From: the human T2T-CHM13v2.0 reference genome, Homo sapiens
Length of the DNA: 64,000 bases
Assembly: GCF_009914755.1 (NCBI RefSeq)
Contig: NC_060930.1
Direction: 5' to 3' (one strand)
Position 1 is the stretch's first letter. Each line of letters begins with the position of its first letter. Shown one piece after another: positions 53,537 to 64,000 of the stretch. The notes under the pieces were generated by a model. The model searched no databases, was not told the DNA's origin, and was given only the letters and a program-made list of their open reading frames with translations. The translations under genes and the position numbers were made by a program.

Positions 53537-53838
53537 CACCAGGCGCAGTGGCTCAAGCCTGTAATCCCAGTACTTTGGAAGGCCAAGGCAGAAGGATTGT
53601 TTGAGGCCAGAAGTTCAAGACCAGCCTGGTCAACATAGCGAGACACCCTCCCTACAATTTTTTTTAAAAATTAGCTGGGTGTGGTATGTGTGCATGTAGT
53701 CCCAGCTACTCAAGAGGCTGAGAAAAGAGGATCACCTGAACCCAGTAGTTTGAGGCTGCAGTGAGCTATGATTGTGCCACTGCACTCCAGTCTGGGCAAC
53801 AGAGCAAGACCCTTGTGTCTAAACAACAAAACAAAAAC
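53537..53838 (+). mobile_element. AluJ (Jo/Jr-like)
   Basis: J-type diagnostics GAGGCCAGAAGTTCAAG, AACATAGCGAGAC and GAGGCTGCAGTGAGCTATG. TSD AAAAACTTG(T/C)TAAAT at 53522-53536 and 53839-53853. Confidence 0.93.
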
Positions 53839-54749
53839 AAAAACTTGCTAAATAAGCTGAAAAAAAAAAGCCAGAACATTTTATAATGAGCCACTACTAT
53901 ATACCAGATAGTGTGGATACAAAATGAATAAGACAAATTCATAGCATCTCTGGGCAGGGAAAAAATTTCAACTATTCCTCAAACTGGGGCATCTGCTGTG
54001 GAATAACAAGATTCTAGAGGGATTTCTGGCTGCTTTGAGCAGCAGAACAGCCTGCAACTGATTAACTCTCCTCACCTGTGCCTGTCATGGCCCACACTGA
54101 AATGAAAAGTTATTACTCAGTATTTTCTGGGATTAGTTTGAGAATCTGTTTATCCTGAACAGTAGATAGAAAAGAATTGCTACAAGATAGTGAAGTTTGA
54201 TCAGCTTAATAAAATCAGCAGGGCAATTCAATTCTACCCACCAGGCAAACTTTCAAATTCACATTCAAATTGATAATAGTGTTGTTCAGTTAAAAGATGC
54301 TTTGATCCAAAGAATTCCCAGGGCTTTGCAAATTTAGGTGGTTGATGTTCAAGAGTGGGGTTTACAGACAGCTGTTTGAAGTAGGAGAACAGCCTGGTAG
54401 TGCCTTCTATCAAAAGCAGAGTTATACTCCAAAACGTTTCATTGTGTCATGGTGAAAATAGCGTTTGAGAATACAAAATCAGGACCTTGTGACCAAGTTT
54501 ATATTCTTAAAATTAAACAATTAAAAAACTATTTGACTAAACATTAGTCAAATAAAGAGAGATCAGTGAATTCTAATAAATCTTAAATTTTATAATTAAA
54601 TTGGTATAGTATGCTAATTTCTATACTATTTTGCTCACCATAAACTTTCACCCCAAATGAAATATAACTAAAGTTGTATTTTTTAAACACACATATATAT
54701 TTTTTTCTTTATCTGATGTTCCATTCAAATATCTAGTTAAATGTTCTAG

Positions 54750-54874
54750 ATATTTATTCATCACAACAACTGAGACTCTTTTGAGAATGAAAGGGGGCAC
54801 TTTTAATAATTACACTGAGGGAACAGGTGTCAACTGGAGACGTCCTCGGCAAACCAGGACATATGGCCACCCTA
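54750..54874. mobile_element. MER94 (hAT-Blackjack MITE)
   Basis: TTTTGAGAATGAAAGGGGGCACTTTTAATAATTAC...GGCAAACCAGGACATATGGCCACCCT. Confidence 0.8.
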
Positions 54875-55699
54875 TGATTAGTGCTTTTTCAAGTTACAAC
54901 AGTTGTTGACTCCTGCATTCTGGGCCATACTTCTCATCTCTCTGAATCCCACCTCCCTTCATCTTGTACTTTCTCTTTCAGTGCTTTCTACGTGAGATCT
55001 CTTTATCCTCCCCCATTTATTCAATAACTAGTTAATGAGCATGTTCCACCTGTCAGATATTATTCTAGTAGCTGGAGACACAAATATGGCCCTGGGTCTC
55101 TAGATGCTTATATTCCAGCCCGAGTTGGGAGCACGCTTTAACTAGTTATATAATTAGGTATTTTATAACAATTTCGAAGCATGCTACAAAGGTGAATCAC
55201 ACAGTGCCTGGGAGCATATAACCTGTCCTGTCTGGAAAGTCAGAGAAACCTCTTTCTTTACAGATGCCATCTTAATAAAATTCTAGGGACTGTGTTTATT
55301 ATTCCTCATCTCTATCAATTGTTAAAACTATATTTTTTCCTGCTATCGTCGTCTTCTGCCTCCCTTCTTTTTTTATTATTTTTGTTAACATTTCTGGTCT
55401 TCAGTTTCTTTTTTTCTACTAATATTTTATAGGGGTGACACCAAGATGTGCTACACTGAACCCAACTTCTGCATGTTTAAGACAAGGTATGCAAAATTAA
55501 ATGAATCTATACTCCAGTTTTGTGAATAATAATTCACAGATACACAATATAATGCAATAAAAGATGGCTGTGCTACCTGATCAGATGCCTGATTAGGTAC
55601 CAGTGGACAAGTTTGCCAAGGAGGAGTCCAAAAATCTTGCCTTAGTCAATACATGATTAAGTTGCTTCCCTTCAGTACTTGCCTGTTCTTTATTTCATG

Positions 55700-56500
55700 C
55701 CTCTTCTTGACTCTTCCCTTAAATGTCAGCACTCCCTAAGGTTCTGTCCTTTACCTTCTTCTAATTTTTTTTCTTTGGAAAACTCTTCTACTTCCATGGC
55801 TTAAGCCACCACTTCCATACAGATGGCTCTGGAAACTTTTTCTTCTGCTCTCTAGGGAGTTCTCTACAAAGAACGATCCTGCATTTGCAGCTGTGTGCCA
55901 GACAGTGTCACAGCCCAAGCCACTGGCACTGCCCAGCTCATGCCACCATAATCTTTCATCTTGATTATTGCAAAAACCTTCTGACTGGTTTCCCTGTCTC
56001 CAGCCTTGCTCCCACCCAAATCAATTTTGCCTCTACACCACAGCAAACGTGATCTTTCTAAACTGCTTGTTATTGTGCTAACCCTCTTCTTAAAACTCTT
56101 CCCTAGCTCACTGTTGTTCCTTAATTAAAACCCAAGCTCTTAACAGAAACTGACACTATCTGCATAACCTGGCCTCTGTTTTTCCCTCTAGACTTGCCAA
56201 CAACCACTTCCCACCTTATATATAGAGAGCACTTCCTGCTCTATAACCCATGTTGTCTCTTGACTCTAAGCCACCACACATGCTCTTTCTTGTTCTGAAC
56301 ATGCTCTTTTCCTCTCCTGACTTTCACTCATCCCTCAGGCCCCAGCTCCTTAGGAGCTTTCCTAGATTTCCAAGTCTGAGTCAGGTGCTCTTACTATGTG
56401 CTTTCTCACAGCACCCTCTACCCTTGTTATCAAGCCCCGTTTTACTCTTGCCTTTAGCTTACTCACTTTCTCCACTTGGCTGTGAAGTACAGTATGGGAT
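55700..56500 (+). mobile_element. L2 fragment
   Basis: CTACTTCCATGGCTTAAGCCACC, TTATTGCAAAAACCTTCTGACTGGTTTCCCTG, AGCAAACGTGATCTTTCTAAAC. Confidence 0.75.
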
Positions 56501-56541
56501 GTAAATACTTCTATAGAATGGGAAGATTGAACACTCAATAG

Positions 56542-56617
56542 CTGTTAGTGTCTTGTGAAGGTCTTAACAAGCGGTTAAACTTTGGTATGAGGGATGAGAA
56601 GTCCACAGAAGGAAAAG
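56542..56617 (+). repeat. 76-bp dispersed direct repeat, copy 2
   Basis: 72/76 identical to 50421-50496. Confidence 0.95.
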
Positions 56618-56724
56618 CATTAGCAAAGATGTGTCTAGAGATTGGAAAATGCAAGGCAAATGTAGTTATTAAATCATACAGAGTGACATATACACTCATA
56701 TAGGAAAATAATGGGAGCCTGCTG

Positions 56725-56873
56725 GACATTAGATTTACCTGGGGAACTCTTATTAAAACACCAATACCTGGGCTCCACCTTCAGAGATACTGACTGAATT
56801 ATCCAAGAAAGAGACTCAGACAAAAGCATTTAAAAAAAGCTTTCTAGGCTAGAATTGAGAATCATGACTCTAG
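56725..56873. mobile_element. MER5A/B-like hAT MITE
   Basis: ACATTAGATTTACCTGGGGAACTC...CCTGGGCTCCACCTTCAGAGATACTGA...TTGAGAATCATGACTCTAG. Confidence 0.7.
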
Positions 56874-59343
56874 GAGGCAATGGAAACTTTGGAAGTTTTT
56901 GAGTATAATCTAGTATATATTAAATTTGTAATAAAAAATGTGTCAAATGAATGTTGATGTCGCACACACCAGATATCTTTGTTATTGGTTTTCAGAAATT
57001 TTTCATGTTTTATAAAAATATGTTTATTCATTAAAAAAAAGCCTCAATGACTTTATTCCCCTTTGTTACAGGTAATGTGTAACAGTCCACAAAAGCCACT
57101 TAATTATCTCATGCTTTAAATTTTATTTTTTCTTTCCTTGTGCGTAAACACAATTGTTTTAAACATGATTTGAACTGTTTTTTTTTTTCCAGAATGTGCA
57201 TCTTTATTTTTCCTGAATATTTCTATTGTCTAAATACCTTAGTAAAGTTTACTGCTTCTACGGATGGCCTAAAAGTTCTGGCAATGAAAGAAGTAAAGTG
57301 TGAATGTATCCTTAATACCAGCTATTCAGATGTCTTCATCAATTATTATGTGAAGTCTTTCCAGTTCTATCCTAAACTGTAGAAACTCTTCCAGTTAAAC
57401 TACAGAGCATGATAAGAGTTTCATAACATGCTGCCTCCAAGAAGTAATTTCGTTGTACCAAATTCATTTTCACTTTTAATAATCTTGATCTGATCCTGTA
57501 TCACTAATAGAGGCTTTAAAAACAATTTATATATTTACTAGACACTATGAGGTTCATGATGCTCTTAGTTTTTACAAATAATAAATATGTATATACATTT
57601 TTTTACAAATAATAAATGTGTACATACAGATTTTTCCTGCTATTATCTGTACATACACATTTATTATTTATTATTTTCAAAAATGATAAATTACTTTTTA
57701 CACCTTTATTGTTTGTAAAAAAATGTGTGGTAATGTCAGAATTCCTAACTGTTAACAGTTATCTCTAAGAAGGTCTAAAGTTTTTATTCTAGGACTTGAA
57801 GGGGACGTTAGCCGTATTATATACTACTTTTCTCAAACTTAGTTCTCAACTCAATATACTGTATTTGACAGGCAAACACAGGTATTATATCATGATAAAA
57901 CAATAGTGGTGCAATTATTTCTTAGATTGAAAGAGGTGCAATCATTGCACTCTTGCAAGAGTAAAGGAAAAAACAGAATTGTCATTATCCAATGAATTAA
58001 TAGGGTTCTAATCCCACTTAAAGAAGAATTTTGTTTTTCTGAGGAATTCCAGTATTTATGCTCCTGTGAAGCATTTTCTAATATTTGACTCTTTAGTTAG
58101 GGGCCAGGATATATTTTTTTTCTAAGTGAGAAGGAAATTGGTTATAAGCAAATTAATTTGGGGAAATAGTAAGATTTAAAACTCCCATATTTTCATCAGA
58201 TACCACATTTTTCTGGAGTTCTGGCTATCCTTTGTTCTTATATTTCCAAAACATCTAGTAAATTACAAAATGCAATGGGAAACTTTAAGCCCACAGCCCA
58301 GCCCTTGATAAATAATCAAACAACAATTGAGTATTTATGCTTGCACTGCAATAGAAAGGTTAGAGTTCATTGAAAAATCCTCTTAATTTAAGAATTGTAG
58401 TTGTTCCATACAATCATAAATAAAAGAAGTAATTATAAACTTTGGGGTAAAAGGACTAAAAATGTTTTTGAGAAAAATATGGCTTTCTAATCTAATTGAA
58501 AGTAAGGGAAATTTTTTTTTGTCTTGTAATGTATGATTATATATAGTTGTGTGTGACTGGTGAATGATGTTTAAAGAGGTTGCTCAAGGTTACAGGAAAA
58601 ACCCTAAGGAATTCTTGCAGCAACATCCTGAAATAAGAGCTCCTGCATAATAGATTCACTGTGGTTTCCTTAGTGAAGTGAGCCTTCTGTGAATACACAA
58701 TCTTTAACTATACAAGATCAAGAGGAGAATTGAGTCATGCATTGGAATGCTTTTAGCTTTGGTTTACCCCTCTGTTTAAAGAAGAGAGTTATGAGATTTG
58801 CTTAATTTGATCATTTTCCTCTTTCCTTTGGTAATCTCCTTCCTGTATTACAAGATATATAATGCTTCCTTCACACTTCAAATGAAAGTTGAAATGATTT
58901 TTTCATTTCAACTTTGTTGTATGTTGTAGACGCAAGGTCAAAAATTTACATCAGGTATCTGAATGTGTAGCATATACAACTGAGTGTTGAAAGAAGACAA
59001 AATCGTTTTCATCACGAAGAATATGTGCTCAGTAAGAATCAGAATGTTCAATTGTGTGAAGGTGGGAGATGGGAAGATTGGTATTATGGCCTGGATCCAG
59101 AAATCAGGTATTTACCCAAAATTATCTCTATAGTTTTCACCTATCACCTATTCATTTAATATCTTTACCATAATTTTTTATTTTAATTAAGAGTCAGTAA
59201 TCTTTTCGTGCTGCTAGATAAGAGCCTCGACATTTTAAAGGCAGACATTTTTCTCATATTAGGTTCTAGATATAGTGTATGACAGTGGGACTCCTAGTGG
59301 GATTTTCTTGAGTTCGTAGCACCTGTTGAAGATGCATATAATA

Positions 59344-60100
59344 AAAGAATAAAAGATAAAAAATCAAAGAAATGTTTGAAGAGGTATTCTGGGGGACTTG
59401 ATCTATTGGTTATTAAAAATGTAATACAGGGCCACATTAACAAGGCAGAGTGGTTTAGATTCAAGAATCAAAAGGCAGATTCAAGAAATAGGAAAAAAAA
59501 CTAGAAACAAGTCCTAATTATGATAAGTATTTTCTATATGACAACAGTACCACTGCAAATAACCATAAGCAAACAAATAAACAAAACTCCAATAAACCAA
59601 ATAAAATCATTAAATAAAAATACAATCGAAAAATCAAATAAATTACAAAGATATATAATGAATGCTGCTGTAACAGTAGATTAAATAAACTATCTTCAAA
59701 TATTATAACCAAACACATTTCAGATAAATTAAAAATTAATGTCAAAAAATAAAATGATACATAATTTATATAAATAATAATATAATTCCAGATTTCAGAA
59801 AAAGAAGTAATCACTAAAGAAGAAAAAAATCAATATAAAAAGCCCAAGCTGTGATACATTAAATCCTTTCATAAGCAAAATTAAGGGATCAGCAATAAAT
59901 TCGAAAAGTATTTTCAGAAAAATGACAAAGGGTTATGTCATTAAATAGAGCTCATGCCAACCAGTAAGTTTGCCAATAGGAAAGAGGTCCAAGTGTTTCT
60001 AAATAAGAGCTCACAGATGAGGAAAATATTTGTGACTACTAAATATAATAAAACATGTTACCAACTTAAAATGAGATATCACTTTGTCTGCTGGATTAGT
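59344..60100 (+). mobile_element. Ancient L1M ORF2 fragment whose first ~100 bp are duplicated at 60223-60323
   Basis: GGGGGACTTGATCTATTGGTTATTAAAAATGTAATACAGGGC...CAGAGTGGT and ATGACAAAGGGTTATGTC...AATGAGATATCACTTT. Confidence 0.6.
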
Positions 60101-61173
60101 GAGGACAAGGGGATATACAATGGGATTTCACACATCCTCCATCCCACCCGCCAGCCCAACCCTATACTAGACGGGTTTGCTCACCCAACTTCCCTTCCGA
60201 GACCATAGTCTGAGAATAATAGAAAGAATAAAGGATAAAAAATCAAAGAAATGCTTGAAGAGGTATTCTGGGGGGCTTGCTTTACTGGTTATTAAAAATG
60301 TAATACAGAGCTACAATAACAAGCTACTCTTCAAGTACAGGGAAGAGACAGAGAACAAGTATCCTTTTATAAGAGCAGATTCATTGCTGTGTTAATGTTT
60401 TGCTGTGAGCCTGGGTCTGGAGGAGCTGTTTTTCTTGATTCCCTCCTATTTTGCAGGATTGCAATGCTACTGGAGATCCCTCTTTGACCCCAGGACTAGG
60501 ATGGAGAGAAAAAAATAAAACTGAGATAGTGGGAAGGGGAGGATGACTCTCTAATGTCTGTCTGAGATAGCCTCAGTATGCACAGTTGGTCATTTAGAAG
60601 GAAAGTAAAGAGGTGTTTTGTATCATGCTGTGAGCCACATGTGTATGTCAGGTTGTCTAATCCGATGATGTTCTTTTGAGTAGTGGACTAGTAGGACATA
60701 AAGGATGGTTAAGGGGTTGGTTATATTAGCAGAACTTGTCCAAAATAGTAATGCAGGATGTAAATGAGAGAATATTGAGATAGTCACTCTAATACTGACA
60801 CTGATGACAGTTCTAATTGATACAAGCTTTCTATAAAGCATTTAAAGTACCAAGAGTCTTACATTTTTAAAAATATCTTCTTTGACCCCCTAACTACATT
60901 TCTTAGTATTACTCATTGACCACACTTTTGAAAAGCACCACTTTATGACAGGCAAAGGAGATGACAGATACAGCAATTAACAAGGCAGTCCAGGTACTTG
61001 TTCTTATGGTACTTTCATTCTAGTGGGGCCAAGAGAGAATAGACAATAACCATGTACATAAACAAATAAGTAAGATATTATAGAAAGTGACATGTAGAGT
61101 GAAGAAAATAAATTGGAGTAATATGTTAAAGAGTGACCAGGGGTTGTCAGGGACACTCTCTTTGAAGAGGTGA

Positions 61174-61889
<716 letters not shown>

Positions 61890-62017
61890 GGTGATATTTC
61901 AGCTGATAATCGAATAACAATATGTAACCAGCCACGTGTGGTCCTGGTGGAAGAGATGCAAAGGCTCTAAAGCAGAAGAGTGTGCAGTGGGAACAAAAAG
62001 ACCCAGTGTGCTGGGTC

Positions 62018-62225
62018 CCAGTGATGTGCTGTGGCCTGTTCATATTGCCTCTAAGAGCTGATTACAAACATCTCTTTTCAATAGCATGGTCAGTGACATC
62101 ACGCTGGTAGCTTGAAATCAGTAAGGATTTATACCAGAGGAGTATGTACACCAGAGTAATCAGCAAATGCTACAAACCAGGACTTTTATTACTCCCACTT
62201 TTTAACATTTACCAGCAAAGTACTG
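62018..62225. mobile_element. MER63A-like hAT-Blackjack MITE
   Basis: CCAGTGATGTGCTG...GTGACATCACGCTGGTAGCTTGAAATC...GCAAATGCTACAAACCAGG...AACATTTACCAGCAAAGTACTG. Confidence 0.8.
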
Positions 62226-63794
62226 ATGGGAAGAGCGCAAGGGGTAGGCATGGGCCTTAGATGGCACATCTAAAAGCTTAGCTCTCAGTCTCAGTGTGAT
62301 GATTGACATTTTCAAGTCGTGTTACAAGTCAAAACCATTCGTATTGTGGTGTACTCTTGAACAGGCTTCATAGGGCGGCAGGATTTCAAGTAGGAAAGCT
62401 AATGAGAAGATTACTGAAGCAGTCTAGAGACGAGATGATGGAGACTACACTAGAGTGTGGCAGGCACCAGGAGAGATAAAAAGCTTTGAAGGGCACATTT
62501 TGAATGAGGTGCCGATAGCTCTTGGATGGAGGAAGCTGCAGTGAGAGAAATTAAGAACGACCCATGGATTATTGACCTAAGCAAATGGGCCTACCCATGT
62601 TGGGGGATCTCTTATGACATGGGAACATTTGGGAGGGACAGTTTCAACAGGGAAATGTGGCAGGGGAATCAGTTGTTGCTTTGGCCCCATTGACTTTGAG
62701 ATGCCTCCTAGATTTTGAAATGCCTGAAGCCATTAAGGAAGAACTTTTATATGTGAGCTTATATTTGGAACTCAGTGGAAAGGTCAGGACTGGAGATGTA
62801 AATTTGGGAATCATCTCCATACAAAGACTAACTTTCCTAAGGAAATAATCAGAAATTCAGACAGACTAATAGGTTAAAATAAAAGAAGGACACAGAAATG
62901 TATATGCTAAATGGCTGAATAAGGAGGATATATTGACATAATTAGTCAATAAGCCATAATTCCACTTGCTGTAGCTAGTGTAATTATGAGTAATTTAAAT
63001 TTTTTGTCCTTCAGATATTCACAACAAATAAGTTCTTCTTAAAATTAGAAGAAAACAATCTTGTTTTAAAAGAAATATAAAAACATTAGATTTGTTAATG
63101 ATAACATTAAAATATCTAAGTAGCTAAAAATTTTATTTAGCCACTGGTTAAACTGTTTCTTTGACTTAAAGAGCTTATAGTTATGTAAGCACACTATTTT
63201 TTACTTGTCTTTCCCATTATTAAAATAATACATGTATGTTACAGATACATTTGAAAAGATAAAAGAATAGAGAAATAATTTTTACATATTATTTAATATT
63301 TAGTTTTCTTGATCCAATTTTATCTACTTTTTTGTGATATGCTCCTATCATTTTACATCTGATTTATATCTTATATCTATCTTTTTGTGTCTTATATCTT
63401 ATAAAAGCTATGTTATTAATCCCTTAACAGTGCATTTTTATCAGAGGTTAAAAAGGTTCACTACTTCACATGGTTTTACGTCTTGTGATAGTGATCTATA
63501 ATATTTAGCCTCTATGATACTGCTGCAGTATAGTGTTTCACTGGAATTTTTCATTTTCACTTCAATGCCATAAAACTGCAACCTCAAATTTATTGCAATA
63601 TTTACATATATGACAGCTGTTAAAACTACAGTAGTTGAAATACACTTAGGGAATAGTTACTGGGGCAAATGTGTGTATACACACACACACTTTCATGTAA
63701 GTTATTTATTGTAATGTTGAACTTTTATTCCCTCGTGGTGAATAAAAGGACATAAATGTTGATATTTATGTTATAAAGTTACCTGCTTCCCTTA

Positions 63795-63990
63795 CTTCAT
63801 TCATGAATTTCTTTATTCATATCAATACTTACTGAAAAGTTTATAAAGAACCTACTATGTGCCAAGCAGTGAGCAAAACACAGCATAGTTGGGGAGACGG
63901 ACACATAAGTGGAAAAACAGTATTGCCATATGGCGAGAACTGTTGAAAGGGTATAATCAACATAGTTTGGAATCACACAGGGGAATGGGA
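63795..63990 (-). mobile_element. L2 3' end
   Basis: TTCATTCATGAATTTCTTTATTCATATCAATACTTACTGA...ACCTACTATGTGCCAAGCA. Confidence 0.7.
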
Positions 63991-64000
63991 GACGGTGACC

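Overview
AT-rich, CpG-poor, non-coding human genomic DNA. The species call rests on a near-consensus AluYb8, a human-specific subfamily. The window looks like a large intron or a gene desert. I recognise no protein-coding exon, RNA gene or CpG island, and every ORF in the track looks like a chance or repeat-derived ORF. Much of the window is a mosaic of transposon relics: Alu (Yb8, Y, S, J, FLAM), L1M, L2, MIR, MaLR/ERVL solo LTRs and Tigger/Charlie/Blackjack MITEs, several with intact target-site duplications (TSDs) and nested insertions. The most unusual structure is a ~300-bp inverted repeat (31253-31551 / 34417-34719) that I cannot assign to any known transposon. Its central 201 bp are about 94.5% identical, with perfect 52- and 68-bp blocks, and most central mismatches would pair as G-U on the + strand. 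It brackets 2.9 kb of much older repeats. Other items worth checking are two dispersed local duplications (76 bp and 101 bp), several fold-back or template-switch scars, a candidate CpG-poor promoter and first exon near 15.3-15.5 kb, and several + strand AG|GT recursive-splice-like sites. Subfamily names were recognised by eye. Boundaries without a TSD or TIR are approximate.
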